From NCBI GenBank assembly GCA_964291625.2, contig OZ220089.1:1760001-1824000 (forward strand): a stretch of 64,000 nt of DNA, given 5' to 3'. This document shows, piece after piece, positions 62,802 through 64,000 of this stretch (positions are counted from its first letter, which is position 1; each line of letters begins with the position of its first letter). This DNA comes from Candidatus Latescibacterota bacterium. GTDB lineage: Bacteria; Latescibacterota; UBA2968; UBA8231. The position numbers were made by a program, and so were the translations under genes. The notes under the pieces were generated by a model. The model saw nothing but the letters and a program-made list of their open reading frames with translations, was not told the origin of the DNA and did not search any database.

Positions 62802-63240
62802 CTATGGCTCTCTGGCTTCGGCCGAAGCTTTGGCAATCGCGACTATCTGGGTGGCATCCAGAAGCCTGGGCAAATCATGGTCCAGGATTACAGAATAGAA
62901 CCCTTGCAGCACTTGGCGGTACTTGACTAATAGAGGCTCAGAAGACCTGAGGTCTCGATTCCTGAACTCCGTGAACAGATCCATTTTGTTGATAATGAAG
63001 TCGGCAATGCTGAGATGGCTGGCCTCAGAGTGGGTCTCGAAGCCTCGGAAAACGAGCCCATTCGACAAAGGCGTCTCACTCCTCACCAAACTCTTTTCCT
63101 CTTCGGAGAGGCGGCAGTACGAATCCTCAAGGAAGCGGCACACCTTTAGCACTTCAAAGACCTCATCAACTCGGCTCTGGTTGTGCAGATGGACGATCAG
63201 TCTCTCTCGATCACTGATGCTTGCGTCTGGATTCTCCCTC
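62802..63240 (-). CDS. YfbU-like protein, probably degenerate
   Basis: SDRERLI, FLEDSY, VFRGFE..SEASHLSIADFII.KMDLFTEF..RDL.S..P....Y resembles the YfbU FxGFDGNNE/LNSH pattern with substitutions. Start unclear. Confidence 0.55.
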
Positions 63241-63462
63241 GAGTAGCTGGAATCTCCCTTCAGCAAGAGACCCTCCTTTGAGCGTTCCGTCGTGGTCTCC
63301 CTGGCGTGCCTCACCGGCGTTCGCGCAGCCGTCGGGCGTAGGGGGTCTCGATGCCGTACCGGCGGCACAGCCGGCTGAAGCTGCGCGGCTCGATGCCGAG
63401 GGCCCGGCTAGCGGCCTCGTTCGTCGAGTACATGCGGGCGGCTCGCTCGACGCGGCCCCGCT

Positions 63463-63833
63463 CCATCAAGCGTTCTCCCTGGACCATGGCTTATCCCCGT
63501 CAGAGTTGTCCTGCCGAGACAGACGACGGCTCGGACAAGGATCTTTCCTCAGAGTCCGCCCCAGCGCCGATGGCCGGACAGCTTTCGAAGAGAGCCAAGG
63601 CCTCTTCCTCCAAGGCCGCGATCTCCAGAAGGCGGTCGTGCAGTCGCTCCAGTATTGACTCCGTCGCTTTCACATGACCCTTCAGGCAGAGGTTTCTCAG
63701 GACGAGCCACTTCTGGGTAGTCCTCCGAAGCTGGTCCCCCACCTGCGTGAGTCGCGAATCTCCCACAACCTGAGCTGCCGCCCCGAGGTACTTCCCATGC
63801 CGATGTCGCTCTATCACCACGTTTCGCATTTGA
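63463..63833. repeat. Direct repeat B, copy 2 (orphan 3' fragment of the BtrH-like gene)
   Basis: Encodes QMRNVVIERHRHGKYL...SSVSAGQL*, versus ...ERDRHGKYL...SSVSAGHL* in copy 1. Confidence 0.92.
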
Positions 63834-63917
63834 GAAAGCTTCAGAACACGGGGCGCAACTTCCTTCTGCTTCGGACGGCTCGGCCCCATCGCGACGCTCC
63901 GGCCCGGCCCGGACCAG

Positions 63918-63938
63918 CACGAGAGCGGGTCAACTCCA
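63918..63938 (-). mobile_element. Isolated IS3-family terminal inverted repeat
   Basis: CACGAGAGCGGGTCAACTCCA matches the reverse complement of the 59183 end (TGGAGTTGACCCGCT). Confidence 0.6.
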
Positions 63939-64000
63939 CACCGGGCGCCCCCTGACAGGAGCCTACGAGCAACCGACGTACGAGAAGCTCCAAGCCATCC

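Overview
High-GC bacterial DNA. The gene families point to Candidatus Latescibacterota or a related FCB-group lineage (inference). The window has three parts. (1) About 1-29.4 kb is a cell-envelope locus: a DUF6785-type membrane protein, a CRTAC1/ASPIC protein, a YetA-like lyase, an FGE-domain lipoprotein, three paralogous large secreted proteins that all end in an FTPNGDGxND...IAVAY Ig-like C-terminal domain, two TPR-fused GT-C glycosyltransferases, two SGNH-TPR proteins (one split by an in-frame TAG), a PPIase and a putative outer-membrane protein. (2) About 29.5-40.6 kb holds ordinary metabolic genes: SulP, two Gfo/Idh/MocA oxidoreductases, a beta-helix protein, a TolB-like propeller, an HTH-rtcB pair, an amidase and an SDR. 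(3) About 40.7-64 kb is a lower-GC mosaic accessory region with orphan antitoxins, a damaged sigma54 two-component system, IS21/IS3 debris and two pairs of diverged direct repeats. It contains the most interesting feature, a candidate RiPP-like peptide maturation/export cluster on the minus strand. In gene order: 6-bladed propeller, a 77-aa six-Cys precursor with a CLI_3235-like leader, ABC exporter, S8 peptidase-DUF1611 fusion, MFP, two RND permeases, acyl carrier protein, an unknown protein and a BtrH-like protein. No radical SAM maturase is visible. All family assignments are from motif recognition by eye; no searches were run.
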